DNA of 32,000 nt, taken from the NCBI GenBank assembly GCA_041941795.1, contig CP145872.1, positions 120,001-152,000 on the forward strand. The letters are read 5' to 3'. Below are positions 7,826-17,646 of this stretch, in pieces. The stretch comes from Candidatus Saccharimonadota bacterium (GTDB lineage Bacteria > Pseudomonadota > Gammaproteobacteria > Enterobacterales > Enterobacteriaceae). The translations under genes were made by a program, and so were the position numbers. The notes beneath the pieces were generated by a model. It ran no database searches and was not told the origin of the DNA. It saw only the letters and a list, made by a program, of their open reading frames with translations. How positions within the stretch are numbered: the stretch's first letter is position 1; each line of letters begins with the position of its first letter.

Positions 7826-9916
7826 TTAATAAAGTGCTTGTTTAATACTTAAACGTATTCTACCTATTCGATCTACTTCGAGCACTTTTACATTTACTTT
7901 TTGCCCGATTTTGAGGTGATCACTAACTTTTTCGATTCTGCGTGCTGAAATTTGAGAAATATGTACTAACCCTTCTCTACTACTAAGTCCTAAGATAGTA
8001 ATAAAAGCTCCAAAATCTACAATTCGGGTTACCTTCCCATGATAAATTTTCCCTACTTCAATATCAGCAGTAATTTCCTGAATACGCATAATCGCTAATT
8101 GAACATGGTGACTATCGGGTGCGGCTATCTTTACTGTGCCATCATCCTCTATTTCAATAATAGTTTCGGTTTCGTCAGTAAGTGATCTTATCACCGTACC
8201 TCCCTTTCCTATTAAATCTTTAATTTTTTCGGGATTAATTTTTATCATCTGCATCCGAGGAGCATATATTGAGATATCTTTACGTGGTAATAGGATAACT
8301 TGTTCCATAATATTTAATATATGTAATCGACCCTCTAAAGCCTGTTTCAGAGCTATTGACATTATTTGCTTATTAATACCTTCAATTTTTATATCCATTT
8401 GGAGTGCTGTAATACCAGTCCGGGTACCAGCAACTTTGAAATCCATATCTCCCATCTGGTCTTCATCACCCAAAATATCAGATAATACTATGTATTTATC
8501 TCCCTCTTTTACCAATCCCATCGCTATTCCCGCTACTCCTGCCTTTATAGGAACTCCTGCGTCCATTAGAGCTAATGAGGCTCCACAAATCGAAGCCATT
8601 GAGGAAGATCCATTAGATTCAGTAATTTCAGATACTATCCTTATGGTATATGGAAAAGAATCTAAAGACGGCATAACTGCTAACAATCCACGTTTAGCTA
8701 ATCGGCCATGACCAATTTCTCTTCTCTTAGGAAATCCTACTATTCCTATTTCTCCTACAGAATAAGGTGGAAAATTATAGTGAAAAATAAAATTTTCAGT
8801 ACGATCTCCTGTTAATTCATCCACATTTTGCGCATCTCGGTCGGTTCCTAAAGTGACAGATACTAGTGCTTGAGTCTCTCCACGTGTAAATAAAGCTGAT
8901 CCATGTGTACGTTGTAACACGGGCGTATGTACTTGGACACTACGAACCATATCTTTACTCCGTCCGTCAATACGCAGTTCTTCACGTAATATGCGATTCC
9001 GTACTATATTTTTCTCAATCATATACATGATCTGCTGAATGCGGTTTTCATCTAAATCTATAAACTTTTCTTTTATCGTAGCAATTACATCAGATTTAAT
9101 AACATTCACCTGAGAAGAGCGAATTTGTTTGTCCGCAATTTGATATGCATCAATCAAACGAGATTCGGACAAATTAGTAATTTGGTCAGATATTTCTGGT
9201 ATCTCAACTTCTGGAGTCCAATTCCACTCCACTTTACCTACGTCTTCTACAAGACTATTTATATTTTTAATCACTACTTGTTGATGTTCATGACCATATA
9301 TTATAGCTTCTAACATTTGTTCTTCGCTTAGAAATTTTGCTTCTGCCTCTACCATCAACACGGCATTTTCTGTACCTGCTATAACTAAATCTAGATTACT
9401 ACGTTTAACTTCGTCGGTACTGGGATTCAAAATATATTTATTTTCTATGTATCCTACTCTGGCAGCTCCAATTGGACCTCTAAACGGAATCCCGGATATA
9501 CTTAAAGCAGCAGAACTACCTATGATAGCTACAATATCTGGATGAATTTTCGGATTTACTGATACTACTGTGGCAATAATTTGCACTTCATTTAGAAAAC
9601 CTTCTGGAAATAAAGGACGAACCGGTCTATCAATCAGTCTTGAGACTAATATTTCAGTTTCGCTAGGACGTCCTTCACGGCGAAAAAAACTGCCTGGAAT
9701 ACGCCCTGCGGCATAAGAACGCTCCTGGTAGTTAACACTAAGAGGAAAAAAATTCTGACCAGGTTTAATTTTTTGAGATCCTACTATAGTAACTAATACT
9801 GTAGTATCATCCATGCTAGCAAGCACTGCCGCAGTCGCTTGTTTTGCTATTCTTCCTGTTTCAAGAGTTACAATATGTTGTCCATATTGAAATTTACGTA
9901 TGATTGGATTTATCAA
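7826..9916 (-). CDS. pnp: Polynucleotide phosphorylase (PNPase)
   Basis: The product is colinear with E. coli PNPase through both RNase PH domains, KH and S1. The ORF is open up to a GTG at 9955. However, TTG at 9916-9914 aligns exactly with the E. coli UUG start (L-I-N-P-I-I-R-K-F versus M-L-N-P-I-V-R-K-F) and has AAGGA 7 nt upstream, so I call the shorter form. The alternative start is 9955. Confidence 0.95.
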   Translation of the reverse strand: MINPIIRKFQYGQHIVTLETGRIAKQATAAVLASMDDTTVLVTIVGSQKIKPGQNFFPLSVNYQERSYAAGRIPGSFFRREGRPSETEILVSRLIDRPVRPLFPEGFLNEVQIIATVVSVNPKIHPDIVAIIGSSAALSISGIPFRGPIGAARVGYIENKYILNPSTDEVKRSNLDLVIAGTENAVLMVEAEAKFLSEEQMLEAIIYGHEHQQVVIKNINSLVEDVGKVEWNWTPEVEIPEISDQITNLSESRLIDAYQIADKQIRSSQVNVIKSDVIATIKEKFIDLDENRIQQIMYMIEKNIVRNRILREELRIDGRSKDMVRSVQVHTPVLQRTHGSALFTRGETQALVSVTLGTDRDAQNVDELTGDRTENFIFHYNFPPYSVGEIGIVGFPKRREIGHGRLAKRGLLAVMPSLDSFPYTIRIVSEITESNGSSSMASICGASLALMDAGVPIKAGVAGIAMGLVKEGDKYIVLSDILGDEDQMGDMDFKVAGTRTGITALQMDIKIEGINKQIMSIALKQALEGRLHILNIMEQVILLPRKDISIYAPRMQMIKINPEKIKDLIGKGGTVIRSLTDETETIIEIEDDGTVKIAAPDSHHVQLAIMRIQEITADIEVGKIYHGKVTRIVDFGAFITILGLSSREGLVHISQISARRIEKVSDHLKIGQKVNVKVLEVDRIGRIRLSIKQALY

Positions 9917-10137
9917 AATAATATCCTTAACTTCCTGAACATTAATAGTGATCACTTAAATTATATTTAATTATTTCTTTTTTTTTGATAGTGAGAGTGA
10001 TTTTTTAATGTACAAAATGATTATGAAATATTTTAGAATACTACTAATTATAGTAATTAGCTAAATTTTATTATGTAGTATTATCTAAATAATAGATAGA
10101 ATGATTTAATCTTCTTTTAAGATAGAATCTAATTTCT

Positions 10138-10407
10138 TTACTTACGAAGCTCTAGATTCTTTATAAGAGAAAAATATCGTAATCTTCTTTTACGTTTTAA
10201 ATAATTCAATAGACTTCTGCGCTGAGAAATTAACCGCAATAATCCCCGTCGACTATGATAATCTTTACTATATTCCGTAAAATGGAGGCGTAAGATATTA
10301 ATCTTACTGGTTAATAACGCTACTTGCACTTCTGATGATCCTCGATCATAGTTATGTAAACCATATTGTTCGATAATTTTATTTTTCTCTTCAACCTTAA
10401 GAGACAT
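10138..10407 (-). CDS. rpsO: 30S ribosomal protein S15
   Basis: The 89 aa product contains GSSEVQVALLT and HSRRGLLRLISQRRSLLNYLKRK, near-identical in pattern to E. coli S15. GAGG lies 5 nt upstream of the ATG. Confidence 0.97.
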   Translation of the reverse strand: MSLKVEEKNKIIEQYGLHNYDRGSSEVQVALLTSKINILRLHFTEYSKDYHSRRGLLRLISQRRSLLNYLKRKRRLRYFSLIKNLELRK

Positions 10408-10490
10408 AATAGAACCTCATTAGATATAAATATCTGGCTGCTGCTAATTAATAGCAAATAGTTTCCTACCCTTGTAATAAATAAAAATTC

Positions 10491-11426
10491 TTAAACCACC
10501 AACCGACGAGGTAGAACTATTCCCACTTCATTAATCTCCGCTATCCCAATAAATTTTCTTTGTGTACCTTCAGTTATTCTTACCAATCCCGGGGGTAATA
10601 ATGTTGTAGACTTAACAGATCGTCCTTTTTTTAAATCACTCGTCATTATCTTTAATAAATTAATTTCAGGAAAATTAGATACTGCACTGTCTACTGACAT
10701 TAATATAGAAGTTAAAGATAATTGATTAAAATCGCTCTGATTAATAATTGGATTAGCACATCTCTGCAATTTATCCATAGTTATCATTCTTTCAGTTGAA
10801 TAATTACCAACTTGGAGACGACGTAAAGCCTTGACGTGAGCACCACACCCTATTTTGGAGCCTAAATCTTCTACTAAAGTACGTATATAAGTACCTTTAG
10901 AACAATGTATTTCTAATTCTAGTTCACTATCTTCTAGACTAACATAGTGTATATTATACACCATAATTTTACGTTCTTTACGTGTTATCTCAATCCCTTG
11001 ACGGGCATATTTATATAATGGACAGCTTTTCCATTTAATAGCAGAATACATTGGTGGAATTTGTTTAATTTCTCCAATAAAACTGACTAAAACATTTTTT
11101 ACGTCCGAAATTTTAAAATTTAAGGGATGCTCACTGATAATTTTTCCCTCTGCATCCGCAGTATCAGTGCGTTGACCCAGTTTTGCCACGACATGATAAC
11201 GCCTATCAGAATTTAATAAATATTGAGAAAATTTAGTAGCTTGCCCCAGACAAATAGGAAGCATCCCAGTAGCTAAAGGATCCAAAGTACCTATATAACC
11301 AGCTTTACTACTTTTTAAAAGATATTTTACTTGTTGTAGAGCTTTATTAGAACTGATTCCTCTAGGTTTATCCAGGAGAATAAATCCGTTAACATTATAA
11401 CCATATTTATTAACATTCTTACTCAT
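10491..11426 (-). CDS. truB: tRNA pseudouridine(55) synthase
   Basis: The 311 aa product contains GFILLDKPRGISSN, GTLDPLATGMLPICLG (catalytic Asp) and PPMYSAIK. Its syntenic position lies between rbfA and rpsO. Confidence 0.95.
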   Translation of the reverse strand: MSKNVNKYGYNVNGFILLDKPRGISSNKALQQVKYLLKSSKAGYIGTLDPLATGMLPICLGQATKFSQYLLNSDRRYHVVAKLGQRTDTADAEGKIISEHPLNFKISDVKNVLVSFIGEIKQIPPMYSAIKWKSCPLYKYARQGIEITRKERKIMVYNIHYVSLEDSELELEIHCSKGTYIRTLVEDLGSKIGCGAHVKALRRLQVGNYSTERMITMDKLQRCANPIINQSDFNQLSLTSILMSVDSAVSNFPEINLLKIMTSDLKKGRSVKSTTLLPPGLVRITEGTQRKFIGIAEINEVGIVLPRRLVV

Positions 11427-11449
11427 TAAATTTGAGTTCCGTAGTGCTC

Positions 11450-11794
11450 TTAATATTCATTATCTGATTTATATACTTTTTCAGGGATGAATGGATCCGA
11501 AAAAAAAGTAATTTTAGGAATTATTCTTAAACACATGTTTTTACTAAGTAAAGTGCGAATATATCCGGATGCATTCTGTAAGATCTTAATTTGTTTTAAG
11601 ATATTTGGTTTGGAATCTTGGGAGGAACCAAAAATTATGAAAACTTTAGCATTTACCAAATCTTTAGAAATTTCTACCGTCGTTACAGTAATTAACTTAT
11701 CTATCCGAGGATCTCGGATTTCACGATGTAATATTATGGAGAGTTCTTTTTTTAAAGCTCGAGCTACCTTAGCAGGTCGATTGATATCTTTCAT
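11450..11794 (-). CDS. rbfA: Ribosome-binding factor A
   Basis: The 114 aa product contains RPAKVARALKKELSIIL.REIRDPR and P.ITFF.D, the RbfA pattern. It is located in the nusA-infB-rbfA-truB operon. Confidence 0.92.
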   Translation of the reverse strand: MKDINRPAKVARALKKELSIILHREIRDPRIDKLITVTTVEISKDLVNAKVFIIFGSSQDSKPNILKQIKILQNASGYIRTLLSKNMCLRIIPKITFFSDPFIPEKVYKSDNEY

Positions 11795-11846
11795 AAAAAA
11801 AAGTAGTGCCTCTATTCTATCACCTTACTGAATTAAGATATTATAC

Positions 11847-14432
11847 TCAGTGACTTTTTTTGGTCACTTCCTGTAATTCAAAAACTTCAATTAAGTCGCC
11901 AATCCGAACATCATTATAATTTTTAACTCCAATCCCACATTCCAAGCCATTATTAACTTCATCTACGTCATCCTTAAAGTGACGTAAAGAGTCTAGTGAT
12001 CCCTCATATATAACAATATGATCTCGTAAAATTCGTATAGATTTGTTACGTTTTACTGCGCCTTCAATAACCATACAACCTGCGATAGCACCAAACTTAG
12101 GTGATCTAAATACATTCCGTACTTCTGCTAAACCGAGAATACTAGGTTTATATTCAGGAAGAATTCGCGTATTTATAGCTTTCTTTACTTCATCAATTAA
12201 CTGATAAATAACCGAATAGTATCTAATCTCTAGATTAGACGTAGGAATAATTTTTCGCGCCGCTGAGTCCGCACGGACATTAAATCCTATAATGAGAGCT
12301 TGCGAGGCCGAAGCTAAAACAATATCACTTTCCGTAATACTTCCTACTCCTGAGCCGACAATATTTACCTTTAATTCTTTCGAAGATAATGTCTTTAAAG
12401 TATCTACAATAGCCTCTACAGATCCTTGTACATCCGCTCTAATCACAATATTGATTTCTGAAATCTGCTCGTTAGTTTTAATCACTTCTAACATGTTTTG
12501 AATACTTGATTTTTTTTGGGCTGATAGTTTTTGTTCACGAGATTGCATTTTTCGCAAAAGTGCTACTTCCCGAGCCTTTCTTTCATCTCGTACTACTGTC
12601 AGAATATCTCCTGTCACTGGCACTCCTGAAAGACCTAAAATTTCTACTGGTCGAGAAGGACCTGCCTGAAACAGATTAGATCCTAATTCATCTCGCATAG
12701 CTCTAACGCGTCCATATTCCAGACCACATAATAAAAAATCTCCTTTTTTAAGAGTGCCTTCTCTTACTAAAACTGAAGCTACTGGTCCTCTTCCTTTATC
12801 CAGATAAGATTCTATCACTAAACCTTTTGCAACGCCGGTATGAATAGCCGTTAATTCTAACATTTCTGCTTGTAATAATATGGCATCTAATAATTCATCT
12901 ATACCTATTCCAGTTTTAGCTGAAATGCCTACATACTGTGTATCCCCTCCCCATTCTTCAGGCATTAGATTGTAATGAGATAATTGATTTTTAATTTGTT
13001 CTATATCTGAGGATGATTTATCAATTTTATTGATTGCTACCACGATAGGTACTTGAGCTGCCTGAGCATGTTGAATAGCTTCAATAGTCTGTGGCATAAT
13101 ACCATCATCTGCCGCTATTACTAAAACAACAATATCTGTTAACTGCACTCCTCTGGCTCGCATAGCTGTAAAGGCTGCATGTCCAGGCGTATCAAGAAAA
13201 GTAATAGTACCCTTTCGAATCTGGACATGATATGCTCCAATATGTTGTGTGATTCCACCTACCTCACTAGAAGTCATTTTAGTAGATCGAATATAATCTA
13301 GTAATGAAGTTTTACCATGATCTACATGACCCATTATAGTTACTACTGGAGCTCGAGGTGCCAGTATCATATTTTTATGATCACCTTTAGTCATGAGTAA
13401 TTCTTCTAAGTAATTTTCATGATGTAATATTACCTTATATCCCATTTCTTCCGCTACAATTTGAGCCGTTTCTTGATCGAGGATTTTATTAACAGTCGCT
13501 AGAGTTCCCATTCTCATTAATAATTTAATAACCTCAGAGCTTTTTACTGACATTCTATTAGATAGTTCCGATACCGTAATCGATTTTCCAATCACTACAT
13601 TTTTATTAAATTTCGTTCTATTAACTTTTGGTACTAAATTAATTTGAATACTCTTATCGTGATTCTCTGGCGCAGATTGCACCATTTCTAATTGTTTTTT
13701 ACATTCTATATTTTTAGAATTTTTTCTTGCTCCTGACCATTTCTCAGGGTCACTTTTCCATTTTCTATTACTACTTTCTAGTTTCCTATTTTTTTCATAT
13801 TTTGATGAGATATCTACTGAAAGAGAAGTATTTAAGTATTCTTCATCATTTTCTGTAGAATCATTCTGCCAATAATCATGATTTTTTTTCCAATTGTCTG
13901 CTAGCTTTACTTTCGAATTCTTTTCTGATTCTTCTTTGTCTTTTTCTGCTGATCCTTCTAATTTAGGAGACACTTTTACTTCTTCTCTACGAAGAGTTTT
14001 AGTAATTTTGAGAATGTGTTCAGAATTTAAATTCTGATCTATCTCTCTCAGTAGAGAAGACGAAACCATATTTTTAGTATGGTTCTTTGTATCAGAAATA
14101 CCCGAAGGAATGATTTTTTCAGGAGGAACCATAAATTCTACTGATTCTTCTTTTAAATATGTTCTATTTTTTCGAATTTCTATTTGAACTGCTTTGCTTT
14201 TTCCTCCCAGGCGAGAAATATTTAACGTGCTACGTTTTTTTCGTTTTAAAATCAGTTTTTCTATTATGCGAGGCGGTTTCTTTTTCAGATTATTGATTAA
14301 GATATGTTTTTCCTGCATGGTGATATGATCACTTTCTGATTTACAGATTCCTATCTGTGCCAATTGTTTTATCAGGCGATCAACCGGCATCATAATCTCT
14401 CTAGCCAGAGCTTTTATACTTATATTAGTCAT
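11847..14432 (-). CDS. infB: Translation initiation factor IF-2
   Basis: The 861 aa product has the GTPase motifs [17 protein letters not shown] and NKID, and the C-terminal domains are colinear with E. coli IF2. The N-terminal Lys/Glu-rich region is diverged. Confidence 0.97.
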   Translation of the reverse strand: MTNISIKALAREIMMPVDRLIKQLAQIGICKSESDHITMQEKHILINNLKKKPPRIIEKLILKRKKRSTLNISRLGGKSKAVQIEIRKNRTYLKEESVEFMVPPEKIIPSGISDTKNHTKNMVSSSLLREIDQNLNSEHILKITKTLRREEVKVSPKLEGSAEKDKEESEKNSKVKLADNWKKNHDYWQNDSTENDEEYLNTSLSVDISSKYEKNRKLESSNRKWKSDPEKWSGARKNSKNIECKKQLEMVQSAPENHDKSIQINLVPKVNRTKFNKNVVIGKSITVSELSNRMSVKSSEVIKLLMRMGTLATVNKILDQETAQIVAEEMGYKVILHHENYLEELLMTKGDHKNMILAPRAPVVTIMGHVDHGKTSLLDYIRSTKMTSSEVGGITQHIGAYHVQIRKGTITFLDTPGHAAFTAMRARGVQLTDIVVLVIAADDGIMPQTIEAIQHAQAAQVPIVVAINKIDKSSSDIEQIKNQLSHYNLMPEEWGGDTQYVGISAKTGIGIDELLDAILLQAEMLELTAIHTGVAKGLVIESYLDKGRGPVASVLVREGTLKKGDFLLCGLEYGRVRAMRDELGSNLFQAGPSRPVEILGLSGVPVTGDILTVVRDERKAREVALLRKMQSREQKLSAQKKSSIQNMLEVIKTNEQISEINIVIRADVQGSVEAIVDTLKTLSSKELKVNIVGSGVGSITESDIVLASASQALIIGFNVRADSAARKIIPTSNLEIRYYSVIYQLIDEVKKAINTRILPEYKPSILGLAEVRNVFRSPKFGAIAGCMVIEGAVKRNKSIRILRDHIVIYEGSLDSLRHFKDDVDEVNNGLECGIGVKNYNDVRIGDLIEVFELQEVTKKSH

Positions 14433-14469
14433 GATGCTGTTCTCCCTTCCTGTAAAATACTAGTTTTTA

Positions 14470-15957
14470 TTATCGGTCATTATTATGAAACCAACAAATA
14501 TTACGTGCAGCCATAATTAATTTACCTGCTAGTTCGATATTAAGATCTTTAATGTCTGACAGGTCATCTATACTTTGTTCTGCTAATTTTTCTAATGTAT
14601 ATATTCCTTTGAACGCTAATTTGGAAGCTAATATCTGATCTATCTCAGTAATAGTTAACAGTTCCTCTGCATTTTTAGGATAACTCATCTTATCCTTTTC
14701 TTCTTGCAATTTTTTCAAGACTTTAGTAGCACGGTTTCGTAATTTTTTTATTCTCTCTTCATCCAAATGACCTATTTCTACTAATTCACTAATAGGAACG
14801 TAAGCTAGCTCTTCCAAAGAAGATAATCCTGATTCTACCAATAGAGATGCCGAATCTCTATCAATATCTAAATATTTAGTAAATAAATCTCTAGAGGCCT
14901 GAGCTTCATCTTGGTGTTTTTGTTGCAGTTCTGTTACCGTCATGACATTGAGAGTCCATCCACTCAGTTCTGATGCTAATCGGACATTTTGTCCATTTCT
15001 GCCTATAGCCTGTGCTAAAGAGTTCTCTTCTACGCCTATATCCATAGTATGCTTATCTTCGTCAACAATAATAGAACTGACTTCCGCAGGAGCCATTGCA
15101 TTAATGACAAATTGAGCAGGATTATGGTCCCATAGGATAATATCAATTCGCTCTCCACCTAGCTCATTAGAGATAGCTTGCACCCGTGATCCTCGCATTC
15201 CTACACAAGATCCTATTGGATCAATGCGTTTATCGTTAGTTTTAACGGCTATTTTAGCTCGTGAGCCTGGATCACGAGCAGTAGCTTTAATTTCAATAAT
15301 ATCTTCTCCAACTTCAGGAACTTCGAGCCGAAACAATTGTAACAACATTTCTGGACGAGTGCGACTTAAAAATAATTGAGGTCCTCGTGCTTCGGTTTGT
15401 ACTGCATATAATAATCCTCGTACTTGATCTCCGGGATAAAACTTATCTTTAGGCAGCATTTCTTCACTTAAAATAAGAGCTTCAGCATTATTACCCATAT
15501 CTAACGTAATATTCTCGCGCTTAACTTTTTTGACTCTTCCGTTAAGAATTTCACCTTGTTGTTTTCTAAACTCTTCAATAATAAGGAATCTTTCCGCTTC
15601 ACGTACCTTTTGGACCATAACCTGTCTTGCTGTTTGAGTAGTAATCCTATCGAAAGTAACGGAATTAATTCTATCTTCTATATAATCACCAATATTTACC
15701 GCTTTATTTTCCCACCTTGCCGCTTCTAATGTAATTTCCCTGGTAGGTTGAAGTACTTTTTCTACTATTAACCATCTCCGATAAGTTTCAACATCTCCGG
15801 TCTTACGATTAATACTTATGCGAACCTCAATTTCTTGTTCAAATTTTTTCTTGGTTGCAGAGGCCAATGCACTTTCTAGGGCGGAAAAAATTTTTTCTCG
15901 AGGAAGCGCTTTTTCATTTGCCACGGCTTCTACTACCGATAGAATATCTCTGTTCAT
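14470..15957 (-). CDS. nusA: Transcription termination/antitermination factor NusA
   Basis: The ORF is open to a TTG at 15975. ATG at 15957-15955 gives [24 protein letters not shown], which matches the E. coli NusA N-terminus and its 495 aa length. GAGG lies 8 nt upstream. S1, KH1, KH2 and both AR repeats are recognisable. Confidence 0.96.
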   Translation of the reverse strand: MNRDILSVVEAVANEKALPREKIFSALESALASATKKKFEQEIEVRISINRKTGDVETYRRWLIVEKVLQPTREITLEAARWENKAVNIGDYIEDRINSVTFDRITTQTARQVMVQKVREAERFLIIEEFRKQQGEILNGRVKKVKRENITLDMGNNAEALILSEEMLPKDKFYPGDQVRGLLYAVQTEARGPQLFLSRTRPEMLLQLFRLEVPEVGEDIIEIKATARDPGSRAKIAVKTNDKRIDPIGSCVGMRGSRVQAISNELGGERIDIILWDHNPAQFVINAMAPAEVSSIIVDEDKHTMDIGVEENSLAQAIGRNGQNVRLASELSGWTLNVMTVTELQQKHQDEAQASRDLFTKYLDIDRDSASLLVESGLSSLEELAYVPISELVEIGHLDEERIKKLRNRATKVLKKLQEEKDKMSYPKNAEELLTITEIDQILASKLAFKGIYTLEKLAEQSIDDLSDIKDLNIELAGKLIMAARNICWFHNNDR

Positions 15958-16076
15958 AATCGGGGCCTCAATCAATTTGGATTAACAAATGGAATATTGG
16001 ATATGCAGTAATTTATCCCAGCCCATTATATTTTTTTTGAAATTTTTATATTCCAATATTTATTATGATAACCACT

Positions 16077-16103
16077 AAAAAACCCCGTTATGCGGGGTTT
16101 TTT
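16077..16103 (-). terminator. Rho-independent terminator-like hairpin downstream of metY (symmetrical, so potentially bidirectional)
   Basis: The sequence AAAAAACCCCG-TTATG-CGGGGTTTTTT has a 5 G/C-pair core extended by 6 A-T pairs. A U-run follows the stem on either strand. It occupies the position of the leaky terminator after metY in the E. coli metY-nusA-infB operon. Confidence 0.7.
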
Positions 16104-16161
16104 CTAGGTAAGGTTTCTGGTCACTTTATCTATATTTTCTTGGTAAAATCCAAGAACAACT

Positions 16162-16238
<77 letters not shown>

Positions 16239-16252
16239 CCTCAAAAATAATT

Positions 16253-16281
16253 ATTATACATCATCTAGAAGAAAAAAACAA
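16253..16281 (-). promoter_or_regulatory. Candidate sigma-70 promoter for metY
   Basis: On the minus strand: TTGTTT (16281-16276), a 17-nt spacer, then TATAAT (16258-16253). The -10 ends 14 nt before the tRNA 5' end. This is sequence-pattern evidence only, in an AT-rich context. Confidence 0.3.
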
Positions 16282-16308
16282 CCCCACCCCCAAAACTTTA
16301 CCTGAGCT

Positions 16309-16399
16309 TGGTACCGAGGACGGGACTTGAACCCGTATGCCTTATTATTAGGGCACTACCCCCTCAAAGTAGCGTGTCTACCTATTTCACCACCTCGGC
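16309..16399 (-). tRNA. leuU: tRNA-Leu (anticodon GAG), type II with long variable arm, CCA encoded
   Basis: The reverse complement is GCCGAGGTGGTGAAATAGGTAGACACGCTACTTTGAGGGGGTAGTGCCCTAATAATAAGGCATACGGGTTCAAGTCCCGTCCTCGGTACCA (91 nt). The acceptor, D and T arms match E. coli leuU. It lies downstream of secG, as in E. coli. Confidence 0.95.
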
Positions 16400-16487
16400 T
16401 CTAAAAGTCTTCATCTAATAATAATTATCTTATTATCATTGTTAAATGATAATGGAGGGAACCCTGCGACCAAAAGAGATTCCAATA

Positions 16488-16784
16488 TTATTTATCTCTC
16501 ATGAGAGAGTCTCTGATGGAATTTTTACTAATAGGGTTCCATTGAACACTATTTTTATTACTAGATATATTATCTATAGCAATACTAAAAAGTATGAACA
16601 AAGTAGCCATCAGTATTATAACACGCGTTAAAAAATTTACTGAACCTTTAGAACCAAAAAATGTCCCCGAAAAACCTGTTATGCTACTGGAATTAGTATC
16701 CATACCTTTACTTTGATGCATAAGAATTAGACTGATCAAACTAATCGATATAAAAAGAAAAATAATTAAAAGTATTTCATACAT
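16488..16784 (-). CDS. secG: Preprotein translocase subunit SecG
   Basis: The 98 aa product starts MYEILLIIFL and contains Q.KG, FGSKGS.NFLTR and ATLF, matching the E. coli SecG pattern. There are two hydrophobic segments. Synteny with leuU is preserved. Confidence 0.9.
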   Translation of the reverse strand: MYEILLIIFLFISISLISLILMHQSKGMDTNSSSITGFSGTFFGSKGSVNFLTRVIILMATLFILFSIAIDNISSNKNSVQWNPISKNSIRDSLMRDK

Positions 16785-17646
16785 AATATTTGTAGGTTCT
16801 ACCTCGAAAATTTATATTTAAGTTTCTTCTCAGGAAGGGAAAAGTACCAAAAATAATAATTTAAATTCTCCTATTTTTAGGTAGTAGTCAATTTTTTTTA
16901 ATAAAAATAGTATCTATATTGCCACTATTTGCTATCGACAATTCCTTGGAAATATTATTTAGACCAGGCTATCTATTAACTGTTACTAATGTTGGAGAAA
17001 GGATTATTCATTATTTTAGATCTCTTCTAATTTTCTGTAAACCTGTTTCGATATGTAACCGAAAATTCAAGTGGTTTAAATAGCCGGATATTATTTGTTA
17101 CTTAATAAATTTTACTATTCGCAGATCCAGGATTTGGAAATATTTTATGAATGTTGCTCGAAAATTTTTTCTCTATCCCGCAGAAAAAAGAACGAGTACT
17201 AATTTTAGTTCAAAGTCATTACCCTCTAGGTTCTCTCTAGTTTCATAAGATATCTCGAAGTATTTTTCTTCTTCTTATAAAGAAGGGGATTCTCTTTTAA
17301 AGAGAAAATAAAAAACTAAAACTCATTGGACCTTTAAATCACTTTCTGCTCATAATATCTTTTTTTAATTACACTTCTGTATATTGTAATTTTAATGACC
17401 GAAATCTTTATCAATGAGTTGAGCATTCATTCTTTTATGCTTCTCTAAATTATGGATTATCTTAATCAGATAAAATTATTTACCTCCTAACGAGGAGGAG
17501 ATTATTAATATTCATCATTGATATTTGAGCTGATAACAAATAAGATCATTTCTTTGGGGAGGAATTTAATTATACAATAAAAAAGATCCTTCTTAAATTT
17601 AAGATAAAAAATAACATATTTTTAGATTGATTAATTAATATCAGTA

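Noticed and set aside
8136-8711. 191-aa plus-strand ORF lying fully inside pnp on the opposite strand (also 9125-9313).
   Set aside because: It is antisense and out of register with a very strongly conserved gene. The product is Ser/Ile/Pro-rich low-complexity sequence with no recognisable motif and no SD. A long shadow ORF is plausible in the relatively GC-richer, conserved pnp sequence.
11487-11831. 114-aa plus-strand ORF mirroring rbfA almost end to end, with the same length as rbfA.
   Set aside because: rbfA on the minus strand has clear homology and operon context. The mirror ORF has no homology signal, no SD, and a hydrophobic/Ser-rich composition typical of antisense translation. The equal length is a coincidence of stop-free antisense frames.
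17553-17562. G-rich 10-mer TTTGGGGAGG present in two different spacers, here and at 28782-28791. It looks like a strong SD or a shared motif.
   Set aside because: No start codon follows at a usable distance in either case and the flanking sequences are unrelated. These are most simply orphaned SD remnants or coincidence. Two copies are not enough to call a repeat family.
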